This document shows, in pieces, positions 9,434 to 19,847 of a stretch of 64,000 nucleotides of DNA. Source of the DNA: Vulcanimicrobiota bacterium. GTDB taxonomy: Bacteria; Vulcanimicrobiota; Vulcanimicrobiia; Eremiobacterales; Eremiobacteraceae. How positions within the stretch are numbered: the stretch's first letter is position 1; each line of letters opens with the position of its first letter. The notes below the pieces were generated by a model. It worked only from the letters and a program-made list of their open reading frames with translations. It made no database searches and was not told the origin of the DNA. Made by a program: the position numbers and the translations under genes. The DNA is taken from the NCBI GenBank assembly GCA_963812135.1, contig CAWETU010000001.1, positions 544,001 through 608,000 on the forward strand. Direction: 5' to 3'.

Positions 9434-12400
9434 ATGCGCCGATTATTTGATGCAATCATAATGTCTGTCGTCGTGCTCAGCGTCGCTGTCCCGGTCTTAG
9501 CGGACACACAACCGTACGCCAATCTGAAATGGCGCGCGATCGGGCCGGCGCTCTCCGGCGGACGTGCCGCAGCGGTCGCTGGCACGGATGCTGATCCGCT
9601 TCTTTACTATGCGGGAGCGGCCGGCGGCGGCATCTGGCGTTCCGACGATGCGGGCTCGACATGGACCGCGGTCTACGAAGACTTGCCCGTCAACGCGATC
9701 GGCGCGATCGCGATCGCGCCATCAAACAAGCGCGTCGTCTGGGTCGGCACCGGCGAATCCAATCCGCGCAACGACATCTCGTGGGGCGATGGCGTCTGGG
9801 TCAGCACAAACGGCGGCTCTTCATGGCAGCACCGCGGTTTGGAAGCGACCGCGCACATCTCCAAGATACTCGTCGATCCGCACAATCCCAACATCGCGCT
9901 GGTCGGTGCATTGGGCGACATCTTCAAAGACAGCGAGGAGCGCGGTGTTTTCCGGACGGTTGATGGCGGCAAGACCTGGACGAAGACGCTGTACGTCGGT
10001 CCGAGCAGCGGCGCATCGGATCTATCGTGGGATCCAAGCCATCCGAACATCGTCTACGCAGGCGTCTGGCAGATCCGCCGCTTGCCCTGGTCGCTGGAGA
10101 GCGGCGGGCCCGCTGGCGGCGTGTATCGCTCGAGCGACAGTGGACAGACGTGGACCAAATTGTCGGGCAACGGATTGCCGTCGGGTGACACCGGCCGCAT
10201 CGGCGTCGCGGTCGCGCCCAATCATCCGAATCGCGTCTACGCGCTCATCCAATCAAAAGAGGGCGTGCTGTGGCGCTCGGACGACGGGGGCAATCAGTGG
10301 CGGCTCGTCAGCTCGAACACGCTGCTCAACCAGCGGCCGTTCTATTTCAGCCGGCTGGTCGTCGATCCGACGAATCCCGATCATTTCATCGCGCTCTCCG
10401 AGTACATGGCTGAAAGCCGCGATGGCGGGCGGACGGCGAAGAAGATCGCGAAAGCCATCCATGTCGACAATCACGACGCATGGTGGTCGCGCGACGGCCG
10501 GCGGCTGATCGATGCGAACGATGGCGGCGTCGCATGGTCGATGGACGGCGCGAAGACGTGGAGTGCGGCCTCTAATATGCCGATCGGGCAGATCTATAAG
10601 CTTGGCTACGATGAGCAGGTGCCGTATCACGTCTGCGGCGGCCTGCAGGACAACACGACTTTCTGCGGCCCGTCCAACAGTAACGACGCGGGTGGCATCC
10701 TCAATCGCGACTGGATCAGCGTCAACGGCGGTGACGGCAACTTCGTCTGGCCGGATCCACTGGACCCACAGCTGGTGTGGAACGCGACGGAGAACGGCAC
10801 GGTCTCTATCTTCGATATGCGCTCCAAACAGAACGTCGATGTGGAGCCGTACCCGCGCGACTTCAACGGCATGGCGATCGAAGGCGTCAAATATCGTTGG
10901 AATTGGACGACGCCGATAACATTCTCGCCGCAAGACCCGCACATCGCGTATGTGGGCGCAAACGTCGTGTTCAAATCAACGGACCGCGGCCGCCACTGGA
11001 CCCCGATCAGTCCGGATCTCACGCTCAACGACAAGGCGCATCAGCAGATCTCGGGCGGCCCGATCAATCCCGACGTCTCGGGCGCCGAGGTCTACGACAC
11101 GGTGACCGAAATATCGCCGTCACCGGTGCAAGCCGGCCTCATCTGGGTCGGTACCGACGACGGCCTGATCCAATTGACGAGCGACGGGGGAGACCACTGG
11201 AAGAACGTCACGATGTCCGGCCTTGCTCCCTACGGCTTCGTGCAGAGTATTGATCCGTCGACGCATGCGGCGGGCACCGCATACGTCGCGATCGACCGGC
11301 ACACGATGGGAGACCGCGCGCCGTACGCATTCGTGACCGACGACTACGGCGCTTCGTGGCGATCGATCGCGGCGAACCTGCCGGCGGACCAACCGGTGCG
11401 TGCATTGCGGCAAGATCCGCGCAACGCGAATATCCTGTATGCAGGAACCGAGCAAGGCATTTGGATCTCTTTCGATCGCGGCACATCGTGGCAGTCGATC
11501 AAGTTGAATCTGCCGACCGCCTCGGTGCGCGATATCCGCGTGCACCCAGTCGCCAATGATCTCATCATCGCGACGCACGGGCGCTCGATGTTCATCCTCG
11601 ATGACCTTGCGCCGTTGCAAGACCTCCAGCCGGCACAAACCGCCGGAACGTATCTGTTCCAGCCGCGAACCGCGTATCTGTGGTGGCAGTGGACGAGCGA
11701 AGACCTGCAAGACAGCACGGTACCCGCGAACGAGTTCGCCGGCGACAATCCCGACGTCGGCGTGATGGTCTCGTTCTATCTCGCCAAACCGGCGCCAAAG
11801 CGCCCGACGATCGATGTGCTGGACAGCAGCGGACATCTCGTGCGCCGCCTCACCGGTACGCATCTCGTGAGCGACAAGCCCGAGTATTACGTCACCAACA
11901 AATCGGGCGTCAACCGCCTCACCTGGAACTTGACCGAAACTGGACCGGTCAAGCGCCTGAGCGCGCCCGCGAAGTATCAAGGATCGGACGACGGCGCAGT
12001 CGTCGTACCAGGCACGTATACGATCGTGTTGCGAGCGAATGGCCGAACTCTAAGCCGCAGCATCAAAGTCGTGGCCGATCCACGTTCGCCCTGGTCGCAA
12101 GCGGATTACATCGAGCGCTATCATTTCGACGTCGAGCTCAACAACGAGTTGTCACAGATCGATACGGCGCTCAACTCGATCGACGCGATCAGGCGACAGA
12201 TCAACGCTGCGCTCAAACCGCTGCGTGCAGCGGCGACGCCATCACCGGTCGTCACGCAAGGCGACGCGCTGCTCGCGCGGCTGAGCGCGCTCGAGTCGGA
12301 GATGACGTCGAACCCCCACAACGACGAAGACAGCATCCTGTACGCGGATAAGGTGCGCGAACGGATCCTTGCACTCCAAGGGAACCTCAGCGAGTCGCAG

Positions 12401-12553
12401 CAACCGCCGTTCGCAGCGCATCGCGAGCAGGCAGACGAAATCCACGCGGACGTCGAGCGGGTCTTGGGCGACTACCAGAAGCTAGTCGCGACGGACGTCG
12501 CGTCGTTCAATGCCGCGCTGCGCGTGGCCGGGATCGCGCCGCTGAAGTCATAA
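9434..12553 (+). CDS. Secreted VPS10/BNR-repeat beta-propeller protein (sialidase/GH74-like fold)
   Basis: Signal peptide; many Asp-box repeats ([32 protein letters not shown]); [12 protein letters not shown]; helical C-terminus. Confidence 0.88.
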   Translation: MRRLFDAIIMSVVVLSVAVPVLADTQPYANLKWRAIGPALSGGRAAAVAGTDADPLLYYAGAAGGGIWRSDDAGSTWTAVYEDLPVNAIGAIAIAPSNKRVVWVGTGESNPRNDISWGDGVWVSTNGGSSWQHRGLEATAHISKILVDPHNPNIALVGALGDIFKDSEERGVFRTVDGGKTWTKTLYVGPSSGASDLSWDPSHPNIVYAGVWQIRRLPWSLESGGPAGGVYRSSDSGQTWTKLSGNGLPSGDTGRIGVAVAPNHPNRVYALIQSKEGVLWRSDDGGNQWRLVSSNTLLNQRPFYFSRLVVDPTNPDHFIALSEYMAESRDGGRTAKKIAKAIHVDNHDAWWSRDGRRLIDANDGGVAWSMDGAKTWSAASNMPIGQIYKLGYDEQVPYHVCGGLQDNTTFCGPSNSNDAGGILNRDWISVNGGDGNFVWPDPLDPQLVWNATENGTVSIFDMRSKQNVDVEPYPRDFNGMAIEGVKYRWNWTTPITFSPQDPHIAYVGANVVFKSTDRGRHWTPISPDLTLNDKAHQQISGGPINPDVSGAEVYDTVTEISPSPVQAGLIWVGTDDGLIQLTSDGGDHWKNVTMSGLAPYGFVQSIDPSTHAAGTAYVAIDRHTMGDRAPYAFVTDDYGASWRSIAANLPADQPVRALRQDPRNANILYAGTEQGIWISFDRGTSWQSIKLNLPTASVRDIRVHPVANDLIIATHGRSMFILDDLAPLQDLQPAQTAGTYLFQPRTAYLWWQWTSEDLQDSTVPANEFAGDNPDVGVMVSFYLAKPAPKRPTIDVLDSSGHLVRRLTGTHLVSDKPEYYVTNKSGVNRLTWNLTETGPVKRLSAPAKYQGSDDGAVVVPGTYTIVLRANGRTLSRSIKVVADPRSPWSQADYIERYHFDVELNNELSQIDTALNSIDAIRRQINAALKPLRAAATPSPVVTQGDALLARLSALESEMTSNPHNDEDSILYADKVRERILALQGNLSESQQPPFAAHREQADEIHADVERVLGDYQKLVATDVASFNAALRVAGIAPLKS

Positions 12554-12970
12554 GCCGAACGCTTTGAGGATCACGCGCTTGGGGCGCTGACCGTCGAACT
12601 CGCCATAGTGGATGCGCTCCCACGGGCCAAGGTCGAGCGCGCCGCCGGTCACGGGCACGATCACCTGATGTCCTAAGATCGAGCGTTTGAGATGCGCATC
12701 GGCGTTGTCCTCGCCGGTGCGATGATGTTCGTAGTCGGGTTTCGCGGGCGCGAGATCTTCGAGCCAGTGGCCGATGTCAGACCACAAGCCCGGTTCGTGG
12801 TCGTTGACGAACACGCTGGCCGTGATGTGCATGGCGCTCACCAAGATGAAGCCGTCCTGCAGCTTCGACTCGGCGCGAACGCGCTCGACCTCCTCGGTGA
12901 TGTCGAGGATCTCGCGACGGCTCTTCGTGTTGATCGTGAGATATTCGGTATGGATAACCACGTCCGCCAC
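12548..12970 (-). CDS. yjbQ: YjbQ/UPF0047 family protein
   Basis: [32 protein letters not shown]. Confidence 0.92.
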   Translation of the reverse strand: MADVVIHTEYLTINTKSRREILDITEEVERVRAESKLQDGFILVSAMHITASVFVNDHEPGLWSDIGHWLEDLAPAKPDYEHHRTGEDNADAHLKRSILGHQVIVPVTGGALDLGPWERIHYGEFDGQRPKRVILKAFGL

Positions 12971-13014
12971 TCCGGAAGAGGACCCGCGCGCGCAAGCGCG
13001 GGACTAGCGTTTGC

Positions 13015-14229
13015 ATGGTGCCTTTTCCGCCGAACATCGAACACCTCGTGGACGCGCTCTATCCTCCCGCGCGCCAAGCGCTCGCGCTCGAAGTGGCGAA
13101 CACGGCGCGCCGGCTTTTCTGGCTCGGCGCTGCGCTCCAGCTCGCGATCTTCGCAGGGCTCTATTTCTCGGGCGCGACGACCTGGCTGCGTACGCGCGTC
13201 GAGCGCCTGACCCAAAAAGACAAACCGGCCACCACGTTGTCGCGACTGCTCACCGCGGCCGCGGTCATCGCTGCTGTGCTGCTCGCATCCGCGATCATCA
13301 TGCTGCCGCTCACCTGGTACGATTCGTTCACGCTCATGCACCAGTACGATCTCAGCCGCGAGACGCCCGCGAACTGGATGCATGACTGGGCGGTCGGTCT
13401 GGCGCTCGGCGTCCTGATCGCCGCGGTGCTCGGTGCGGTCTTCTTCGAACTCGCTCACCGATTCGAACGCGCGTGGCCGACGATCGCCGCTGTCCTTGCC
13501 GTCCCCATCGTCCTCGCGAGCGCTGTCATCTTGCCCGTGTTCATCGAGCCGCTGTTCAACACGTACACGCCGCTGCCGCCATCGCCGCTGACGAAGTCGA
13601 TCCTCGATCTCGCACAGCAGCACGGCGTCCACGCCTCGTCCGTCTACGTCTTCGACCTATCGAAGCAAGAGACGTCCGCGAACGCGTTCGTCTCGGGCAT
13701 CGGTTCCGTCGAGCGCATCGCGCTGTCCGACACGCTGCTCCAGACGTTCAAGCCCGATGAGGCCCTGTACGTAACCGCCCACGAGCTCGGGCATTACGTG
13801 CACGGCGATCTTTGGCGCGGCGCGCTGTACGAATGGCTGGGCGCGCTCGTGATGATCGCGTTCTTGTACTTTATAGCAGGCGCGATCGTCCAGCGGACGC
13901 CTTCGCTTGTGCGCGGTTTGAGCGATCCGGCGGGGGCGCCGTTGCTCTTCGGCCTGCTGCTGTTGTTCGGCTTGGCGGCAGAGCCGGTCGGCAACGCGCT
14001 GTCGCGCCAGATCGAGCACAACGCCGATGTGTTCGCCGCCGCCAACACGCATTTGGGCACGGCGGGGGTGCGCGCGTTCGCAAGACTCGGATCGCAAGGG
14101 CTCTCGACGCTGCATCCGGACCCGCTCGTGGTCTGGTACTTTTACACCCATCCGCCGCTCGACGAACGCATCGACTACGCCGCGGCCCATGCCGGGCTAA
14201 CGGGCGGCCGGTCGCCCGACGCGCAGTAG
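13015..14229 (+). CDS. M48 family (Ste24-like) membrane metallopeptidase
   Basis: Multiple TMs, NAFVSG, HELGH (HExxH), SRQIEHNAD, THPP..ERI. Confidence 0.92.
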   Translation: MVPFPPNIEHLVDALYPPARQALALEVANTARRLFWLGAALQLAIFAGLYFSGATTWLRTRVERLTQKDKPATTLSRLLTAAAVIAAVLLASAIIMLPLTWYDSFTLMHQYDLSRETPANWMHDWAVGLALGVLIAAVLGAVFFELAHRFERAWPTIAAVLAVPIVLASAVILPVFIEPLFNTYTPLPPSPLTKSILDLAQQHGVHASSVYVFDLSKQETSANAFVSGIGSVERIALSDTLLQTFKPDEALYVTAHELGHYVHGDLWRGALYEWLGALVMIAFLYFIAGAIVQRTPSLVRGLSDPAGAPLLFGLLLLFGLAAEPVGNALSRQIEHNADVFAAANTHLGTAGVRAFARLGSQGLSTLHPDPLVVWYFYTHPPLDERIDYAAAHAGLTGGRSPDAQ

Positions 14230-14322
14230 GGAGTTCGCGCCCGGGAAACTAACCTTGAGCGCCCGCGTCGCAGGGCGCCCTTGAGCGCCGGCGGGTTTCT
14301 CGTAATCGGAGGCTCGAGCATC

Positions 14323-15573
14323 GTGCGCTTTGCAAACGATCGGCATCATCGTCTTTTCGCATTCTTCGCCGGCATCACCGCGGCAGCGATCCTCGCCGCT
14401 ACGGGCGCTGCCAGCATCTCGCAACCCGCCGCCGCAGACGACGTCATCACGTTCGGCGCGGCGCTGTCGGCGACCGGGCGCGATTCGCGCGAAGGCGCGC
14501 TGACCAAAGAAGGCTACGATTTCTGGAAGGACTATGTCAACGCGCAGGGCGGCATCAAAGTCGCCGGCAAGCTGTACAAAGTCGACATCAAATATTACGA
14601 CGACGCGAGCGACCCGACGACGTCTGCGAAACTCGTCGAGCGCCTGATCACGCAGGATAACATCAAGTTCATCCTCGCGCCATACGGTTCGAGCGCAACC
14701 GCAGCTGCCGCAGCGATTTGCGAGAAATATCAAGTGCCGATGGTCGACCCAAACGGCGCCGCAGAAGTGATCTTCAGCCGCGGCTACCACTACACGTTCG
14801 CGATCCTAAGCCCAGCCAAGAAATATCTCGTCGGCATTCTCGAGCTCGCACAGACCATGAAGCCGCGGCCGACGACCCTCGCGGTGCTCGCGGCCAACGA
14901 CGCGTTCTCGATCGAAGTCGCGGGCGGTCTTCGCGACTACGCCAAGGGGAATGGCTTCAATGAGGTGTTCTATTCGGAATACCCGCCCGACACCAAGGAC
15001 GTTGCGACGCTCCTCACCCAGGTCAAGGCGAAGAATCCGGACATCATCCTTGGTTCGGGTCATTTGCAGGACTCGCTGTTGATCATGCGCGCGGCCAAGG
15101 ACCAGAACGTGCAATCGAAGATCATCGGATTCTCGGTCGGGCCGTCCACCCCCGACTTCATCACCAGCCTCGGCAACGACTCGAACGGCGTGATGGGCGG
15201 CGCCCAATGGACGACCGCGCTGACGTACACGGATCCGGTCTTCGGCAGTGCGCAGCGGTACACGCGGCTGTTCCAAGCCAAGTACGGCCATTTGCCGGAC
15301 TACCACAACGCCGAGTCGACCGCAGCAGGCGAGACGTTCCAGTACGCGATGCTCAAGGCCGGCAGCCTCGACCCGGCCAAGGTGCGCGACGCGCTCGCGA
15401 CGCTCGACATCGACACGTTCTATGGAAAGATCAAGTTCGACAGCCGCGGCGTGAACATGTATAAGCCGATGGCGGTCGAACAGATCCAAAAGGGCGCGCA
15501 CGAGACTGTGTGGCCGGCCGATGCGGCCAACGCGAAAGCGGTCTATCCGCTGCCGCCGTGGGGCAAGCGGTAA
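14323..15573 (+). CDS. Branched-chain amino acid ABC transporter substrate-binding protein
   Basis: Signal peptide; VNAQGGI..YYDDASDP; PYGS; LivJ/LivK-like fold. GGAGG before GTG 14323. Confidence 0.9.
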   Translation: MRFANDRHHRLFAFFAGITAAAILAATGAASISQPAAADDVITFGAALSATGRDSREGALTKEGYDFWKDYVNAQGGIKVAGKLYKVDIKYYDDASDPTTSAKLVERLITQDNIKFILAPYGSSATAAAAAICEKYQVPMVDPNGAAEVIFSRGYHYTFAILSPAKKYLVGILELAQTMKPRPTTLAVLAANDAFSIEVAGGLRDYAKGNGFNEVFYSEYPPDTKDVATLLTQVKAKNPDIILGSGHLQDSLLIMRAAKDQNVQSKIIGFSVGPSTPDFITSLGNDSNGVMGGAQWTTALTYTDPVFGSAQRYTRLFQAKYGHLPDYHNAESTAAGETFQYAMLKAGSLDPAKVRDALATLDIDTFYGKIKFDSRGVNMYKPMAVEQIQKGAHETVWPADAANAKAVYPLPPWGKR

Positions 15574-16450
15574 CGGCGTAGCCACGCTCTACATCCAAGT
15601 CCTCATCAACGGGCTGCTCGTAGGCGGCATTTATGCCGCCTGCGCGCTCGGTTTTTCGCTCGTGTGGGGCATCATGAACGTGATCAACATCGCGCATGGC
15701 GCGTTCATCATGCTCGGCGCGTACGCGTCGTACTGGCTGTTCGTCGGGCCGATGCACATGGATCCGCTGCTCTCCATCCCGCTTTCGATGGCCGTGATGT
15801 TCGTGCTCGCCTACATCATACAGCGCTTCATCGTGAACCAGGTGATCCGCGCGCCGATCCTCGCGACGTTCTTGCTCACGTTCGGCCTTTCGATCCTCAT
15901 CGCAAACCTCGCCCAAGTGCTCTGGTCATCCGACATCCGTTCGATCACCACGGCATACACGGGATCGGGCTTGGTGGTCGGCGGCCTGACGGTGCCGTGG
16001 GTGAGGCTGTGGACGCTGGTCATCGCCATCGTGCTCACGCTCGCACTGCAGGCGTTCATGACGCGCACCAAGATCGGGCGCGCGATCCGCGCCACGAGCA
16101 TGGACGTCGACGCGGCCCGCCTCTCCGGCGTTGATGTTGCGAACATCTACGCGCTGACGTTCGGCATCGGCGGCGCGCTGGCCGCGGCGGCGGGCTCGCT
16201 GATCAGCGTGTCGTACGCGATCACGCCGACCATGGGCGATTCGTTCGTCGTGCGCGCCTTCGTCGTGGCGGTGCTCGGCGGACTGGGCAACGTCACCGGC
16301 GCGCTCGTCGGCGGCTTGGTGTACGGCATCATCGAGTCGTTCGGAGCGCTTTGGTTCGGCGAGGGCATGAAAGACGTGGTCGCCATGGTCGTGCTCTTGC
16401 TGGTGCTGCTGTTCCGTCCGTACGGTTTGGTAGGAAGAGCGACCGCCTAA
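15521..16450 (+). CDS. livH: BCAA ABC transporter permease (LivH-like)
   Basis: QVLINGLLVGGIYA, INIAHG, GRAIRA, VLGGLG. Start uncertain: homology begins near 15578. Confidence 0.9.
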   Translation: MRPTRKRSIRCRRGASGNGVATLYIQVLINGLLVGGIYAACALGFSLVWGIMNVINIAHGAFIMLGAYASYWLFVGPMHMDPLLSIPLSMAVMFVLAYIIQRFIVNQVIRAPILATFLLTFGLSILIANLAQVLWSSDIRSITTAYTGSGLVVGGLTVPWVRLWTLVIAIVLTLALQAFMTRTKIGRAIRATSMDVDAARLSGVDVANIYALTFGIGGALAAAAGSLISVSYAITPTMGDSFVVRAFVVAVLGGLGNVTGALVGGLVYGIIESFGALWFGEGMKDVVAMVVLLLVLLFRPYGLVGRATA

Positions 16451-17410
16451 ATGCAGGCTGGCCAGCGGCTGACATACGCGATCATCGCGCTGCTCGCGCT
16501 CTCGGCCCTGCTGCCTCCGCACCTCAACGGCAACTGGGTGCACGTGCTCACGCTGTTCTTCATGATGGCGTCGCTCGCCCAAGCGTGGAATCTGATCGGC
16601 GGCTATGCCGGCTATGCGAGCTTCGGCAACGTCACGTTTTTCGGCGTCGGCGCGTATTGCTGCGCGTATGCGATGAACGTGCTGCTGTGGCCGTTCTGGG
16701 GCGCGGCCCTGCTCTCGCTCGCGCTCGCGTCGGCGCTCGCCGCGCTGTTCGGCTGGCCGATTCTGCGGTTACGCGGCCACTACTTCGCGATCGCGACGCT
16801 GGGCATCGCGATCGGCATGGGGGCGCTGGTCGCCGAATTGCCGGCGCTCGGCAAGGGCAGCGGCATGACGTTGCCGATCAACAGCAACTTCCATTTCTTC
16901 TATTGGACGATGCTCGGCATCCTGATCTCGAGCATCGTCTTCACGGCGCTGATCTCGCGCTCGCGTTTCGGCTACGCGCTCGTCGCCATCCGCGAGAACG
17001 AAGAGGCCGCCGCGGTGCTCGGCATCAATGCGCCCCGCATGAAGGTCGCCGCATGGGCCGCGTCGGCCGCGATCACCGGTGCAGTGGGCGCGACCTACGC
17101 GTATTGGAACAGCTTCATCGATCCGCCGACCGTGTTCGATCTGAACTTCAACGTCCTTATGATCATCATGACCCTGCTCGGCGGCGCGGGCAGCGTCGTC
17201 GGTCCCGCGATCGGTTCGTTCATCTTGAGCGCCATCGGCGAATATCTGGGGGCGCAGTCGGTGTCGCCGTGGCACACGGTCGTGCTGGGCGCGATCATCG
17301 TCATCGTCGTCATCGTGCTGCCGCGCGGCATCATGCCGTATCTGACCGGCGGCCTGCGCGCATGGAACTTGAACGCGCTGCGCGCCCAGCTGCGGGCGAC
17401 GCGGATATGA
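16451..17410 (+). CDS. livM: BCAA ABC transporter permease (LivM-like)
   Basis: WNLIGGYAGYASFG, LRLRGHYFAIATL, AIRENE.AA. Confidence 0.9.
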   Translation: MQAGQRLTYAIIALLALSALLPPHLNGNWVHVLTLFFMMASLAQAWNLIGGYAGYASFGNVTFFGVGAYCCAYAMNVLLWPFWGAALLSLALASALAALFGWPILRLRGHYFAIATLGIAIGMGALVAELPALGKGSGMTLPINSNFHFFYWTMLGILISSIVFTALISRSRFGYALVAIRENEEAAAVLGINAPRMKVAAWAASAAITGAVGATYAYWNSFIDPPTVFDLNFNVLMIIMTLLGGAGSVVGPAIGSFILSAIGEYLGAQSVSPWHTVVLGAIIVIVVIVLPRGIMPYLTGGLRAWNLNALRAQLRATRI

Positions 17411-18183
17411 GCGCGATGGCGGCACCGGCGCTCGCGCCCGCGGTCGAGGCCAAGGATGTCGTCGTGCGCTTCGGCGGCCTGGTGGCGCTCGACGGCGTGT
17501 CGCTTTCCGTGGCGCGCGGTGAGATCTTAGGGCTCATCGGACCCAATGGCGCCGGCAAGACCACATTGTTGTCGGTGATGTCCGGCACGCAGCGCCCATC
17601 GTCGGGCGCCGTCTTCGTCGAAGGCCACGACATCACACGCGTGCCCACGTATCGCATCATCAGGCTGGGCTTAGCTCGCACGTTCCAAGTGGTCAAACCG
17701 TTCGCCAATCTGACGGTGCGCGAAAACGTCGCCGTCGGCGCGCTCTTCGGACGCCACGGCACAAGCCGTTCATCGCGCGCCGCATTCGCGGCTGCTGACA
17801 TGGTGCTCGAACGCGTCGGGCTGGCGCCCGAAGCCAAGCGAGCGGCGTCCGAGCTGACGCTCGCCGGCCGCAAGCGTCTCGAGATCGCCAAGGCGCTGGC
17901 GACTGATCCCGAAGTGCTGCTGCTCGACGAAGTGATGGCGGGCCTCACGCCGCATGAAGTCGATCGAGCGATGGATCTACTGCGCGACGTGAATGGCAAC
18001 GGTGTCACGCTGGTCGTCGTCGAGCACGTCATGAAGGCCATTATGGGCATCTCGCAGCGCGTGGTCGTGCTGCATCAAGGGCGACTCATCGCGCAAGGGT
18101 TGCCCGCAGCCGTCGTCGCCGATCCGCTCGTCATCGAAGCGTATCTCGGCACGCGGTATGCCGGAGGCGATCGCGGTGCTTGA
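17407..18183 (+). CDS. livG: BCAA ABC transporter ATPase (LivG-like)
   Basis: FGGLVAL, GPNGAGKTT, ARTFQ, LLLDE, VEH, YLG; ATGA overlap with livM. Confidence 0.92.
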   Translation: MSAMAAPALAPAVEAKDVVVRFGGLVALDGVSLSVARGEILGLIGPNGAGKTTLLSVMSGTQRPSSGAVFVEGHDITRVPTYRIIRLGLARTFQVVKPFANLTVRENVAVGALFGRHGTSRSSRAAFAAADMVLERVGLAPEAKRAASELTLAGRKRLEIAKALATDPEVLLLDEVMAGLTPHEVDRAMDLLRDVNGNGVTLVVVEHVMKAIMGISQRVVVLHQGRLIAQGLPAAVVADPLVIEAYLGTRYAGGDRGA

Positions 18184-18877
18184 GGTCGCCGGCCTCGACG
18201 CGGGCTACGGTGAGGCGCAAGTGTTGTGGGATGTGTCGCTGCGCGTGGACGCGCGCGAGATCGTCGCGCTCGTCGGCGCGAACGGCGCGGGCAAGACCAC
18301 TCTGCTCTCGACGATCGCAGGGTTGGTCGCGCCGTCGCGCGGTTCTATCATCTTCGACGCCGCGGAGATCGCAGGGCGCACGCCCGAGAAAATCGTCGCG
18401 ACCGGTATCAGTCTGGTGCCGCAAGGGCGGCGCCTCTTCGGCGGCCTCACCGTGCACGAGAACCTGCTCATGGGCGCGTTTCACCGGCACGATACCGATG
18501 TTGCCGCCGACCTCGAGCACATCTACGGGCTGTTCCCGCGGTTGCGGGAGCGCGCCGACCAACTCGCAGGCACGCTGTCAGGCGGCGAGCAGCAGATGTG
18601 CGCGATCGGCCGGGCGCTCATGGCGCGTCCGAAGCTGCTCCTGGTCGACGAGCTCTCGCTCGGCCTGGCGCCGATCATCGTCCAGCAATTGCTCGAGGTG
18701 TTGGCCGGGCTGCGTCGCGACGGGATGACCATCGTGTTGGTCGAGCAGGATGTCCAAATCGCGCTCGAGACCGCCGATCGTGGGTACGTCATCGAGAACG
18801 GCCGGGTGACCCTCACCGGGCCCGCGAGGACCGTGCTGGCCGACCCGCACGTGAAGACCGCATATTTGGGGCTCTAA
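18158..18877 (+). CDS. livF: BCAA ABC transporter ATPase (LivF-like)
   Basis: GANGAGKTT, LFPRL.ER, LSGGEQQM, SLGLAP, VEQ. Confidence 0.92.
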   Translation: MPEAIAVLEVAGLDAGYGEAQVLWDVSLRVDAREIVALVGANGAGKTTLLSTIAGLVAPSRGSIIFDAAEIAGRTPEKIVATGISLVPQGRRLFGGLTVHENLLMGAFHRHDTDVAADLEHIYGLFPRLRERADQLAGTLSGGEQQMCAIGRALMARPKLLLVDELSLGLAPIIVQQLLEVLAGLRRDGMTIVLVEQDVQIALETADRGYVIENGRVTLTGPARTVLADPHVKTAYLGL

Positions 18878-18917
18878 GCCCCCGACGAGGCGGTTCCCGG
18901 GACGCAGCCAAGCGGTC

Positions 18918-18947
18918 TTGACACTATTTCTCCAAGAGTGATAGGCT
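18918..18947 (+). promoter_or_regulatory. Sigma70-type promoter of the IclR gene
   Basis: TTGACA, 18 nt, TAGGCT with TGn extension, in an AT-rich intergenic patch. Confidence 0.7.
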
Positions 18948-18996
18948 ATTTCCACAATCCAAAAACCCGGGCCAGCCCCGGATGGAGCGAGTTGGG

Positions 18997-19815
18997 ATGG
19001 CCGATCCCGGTCCGAACGGAGAAACGGGCCGCCGCGAACGCGCCGGCGTGCAGTCGGTTGAGCGTACCCTCGACATCCTCGAGTCGCTGGTGGATTTCGC
19101 GTCGGAAGTGGGTCTTGTTGAGATCAGCCAAGCCGTCACCCTCCCGCTCGCGACCGTCCACCGCTTGCTTGGCACCCTCATCCGACGCGGCTACGTCAAA
19201 CAGAACCGCCAGAACCGCAAGTACTCGCTCGGCTTCCGCGCGCTGCAGATGGGCAACGACATGCGCCAGCGGTTCGCGCTGCGCTTGGAAGCGCGACCGT
19301 TCCTGCATCGCTTGATGGAGCGCACGGGCGAGAGCGCAAACCTAGCGGTGCTCGACGATGGCGAAGTCGTCTACATCGATCAGGCGCAGTCGTCGAAGAT
19401 CCTGCGCATGTTCACGCAGCTGGGCAATCGCGTGCCCGCGCACTCGACCGGCAGCGGCAAGGTGATGCTCGCGTTCGGCACCGCTGAAGCGACCGACGGC
19501 GTGATGCGGCGCTACGGCATGCCGCGACGCACGCCGCACACGATCGTCGACCCGCAGCTTTTCCGCGACGAACTCGCGCGCGTTCGCGCGCAAGGCTTCG
19601 CGCTCGACGACGAAGAGCATGAAGAAGGCGTGCGCTGCCTCGCGGTACCCGTGCGCGACGGCTCGGGTCAGGTGGTCGCGAGCCTGAGCGTGTCGGGGCC
19701 GGTGACGCGTCTCGGCGATCAGCAGATCCACGACTTCACCGCAGAAATCCTCGAATGCGGCGCGCAGCTGTCGGCCCGCATGGGTTTCGCACCCGCGGCT
19801 GTTGCGTCCAGCTAA
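18997..19815 (+). CDS. IclR family transcriptional regulator
   Basis: VQSVERTLDIL, LPLATVHRLL HTH, GESANL, HSTGSGK, DDEEHEEGVRCLAVP. Confidence 0.95.
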   Translation: MADPGPNGETGRRERAGVQSVERTLDILESLVDFASEVGLVEISQAVTLPLATVHRLLGTLIRRGYVKQNRQNRKYSLGFRALQMGNDMRQRFALRLEARPFLHRLMERTGESANLAVLDDGEVVYIDQAQSSKILRMFTQLGNRVPAHSTGSGKVMLAFGTAEATDGVMRRYGMPRRTPHTIVDPQLFRDELARVRAQGFALDDEEHEEGVRCLAVPVRDGSGQVVASLSVSGPVTRLGDQQIHDFTAEILECGAQLSARMGFAPAAVASS

Positions 19816-19847
19816 CAGCTGGGAACACTACTGATAAGGGGACCTCA

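Noticed and set aside
16351..17406. 610-aa ORF as a permease-ATPase fusion
   Set aside because: The upstream part is an off-frame shadow of livM; livG starts at 17407.
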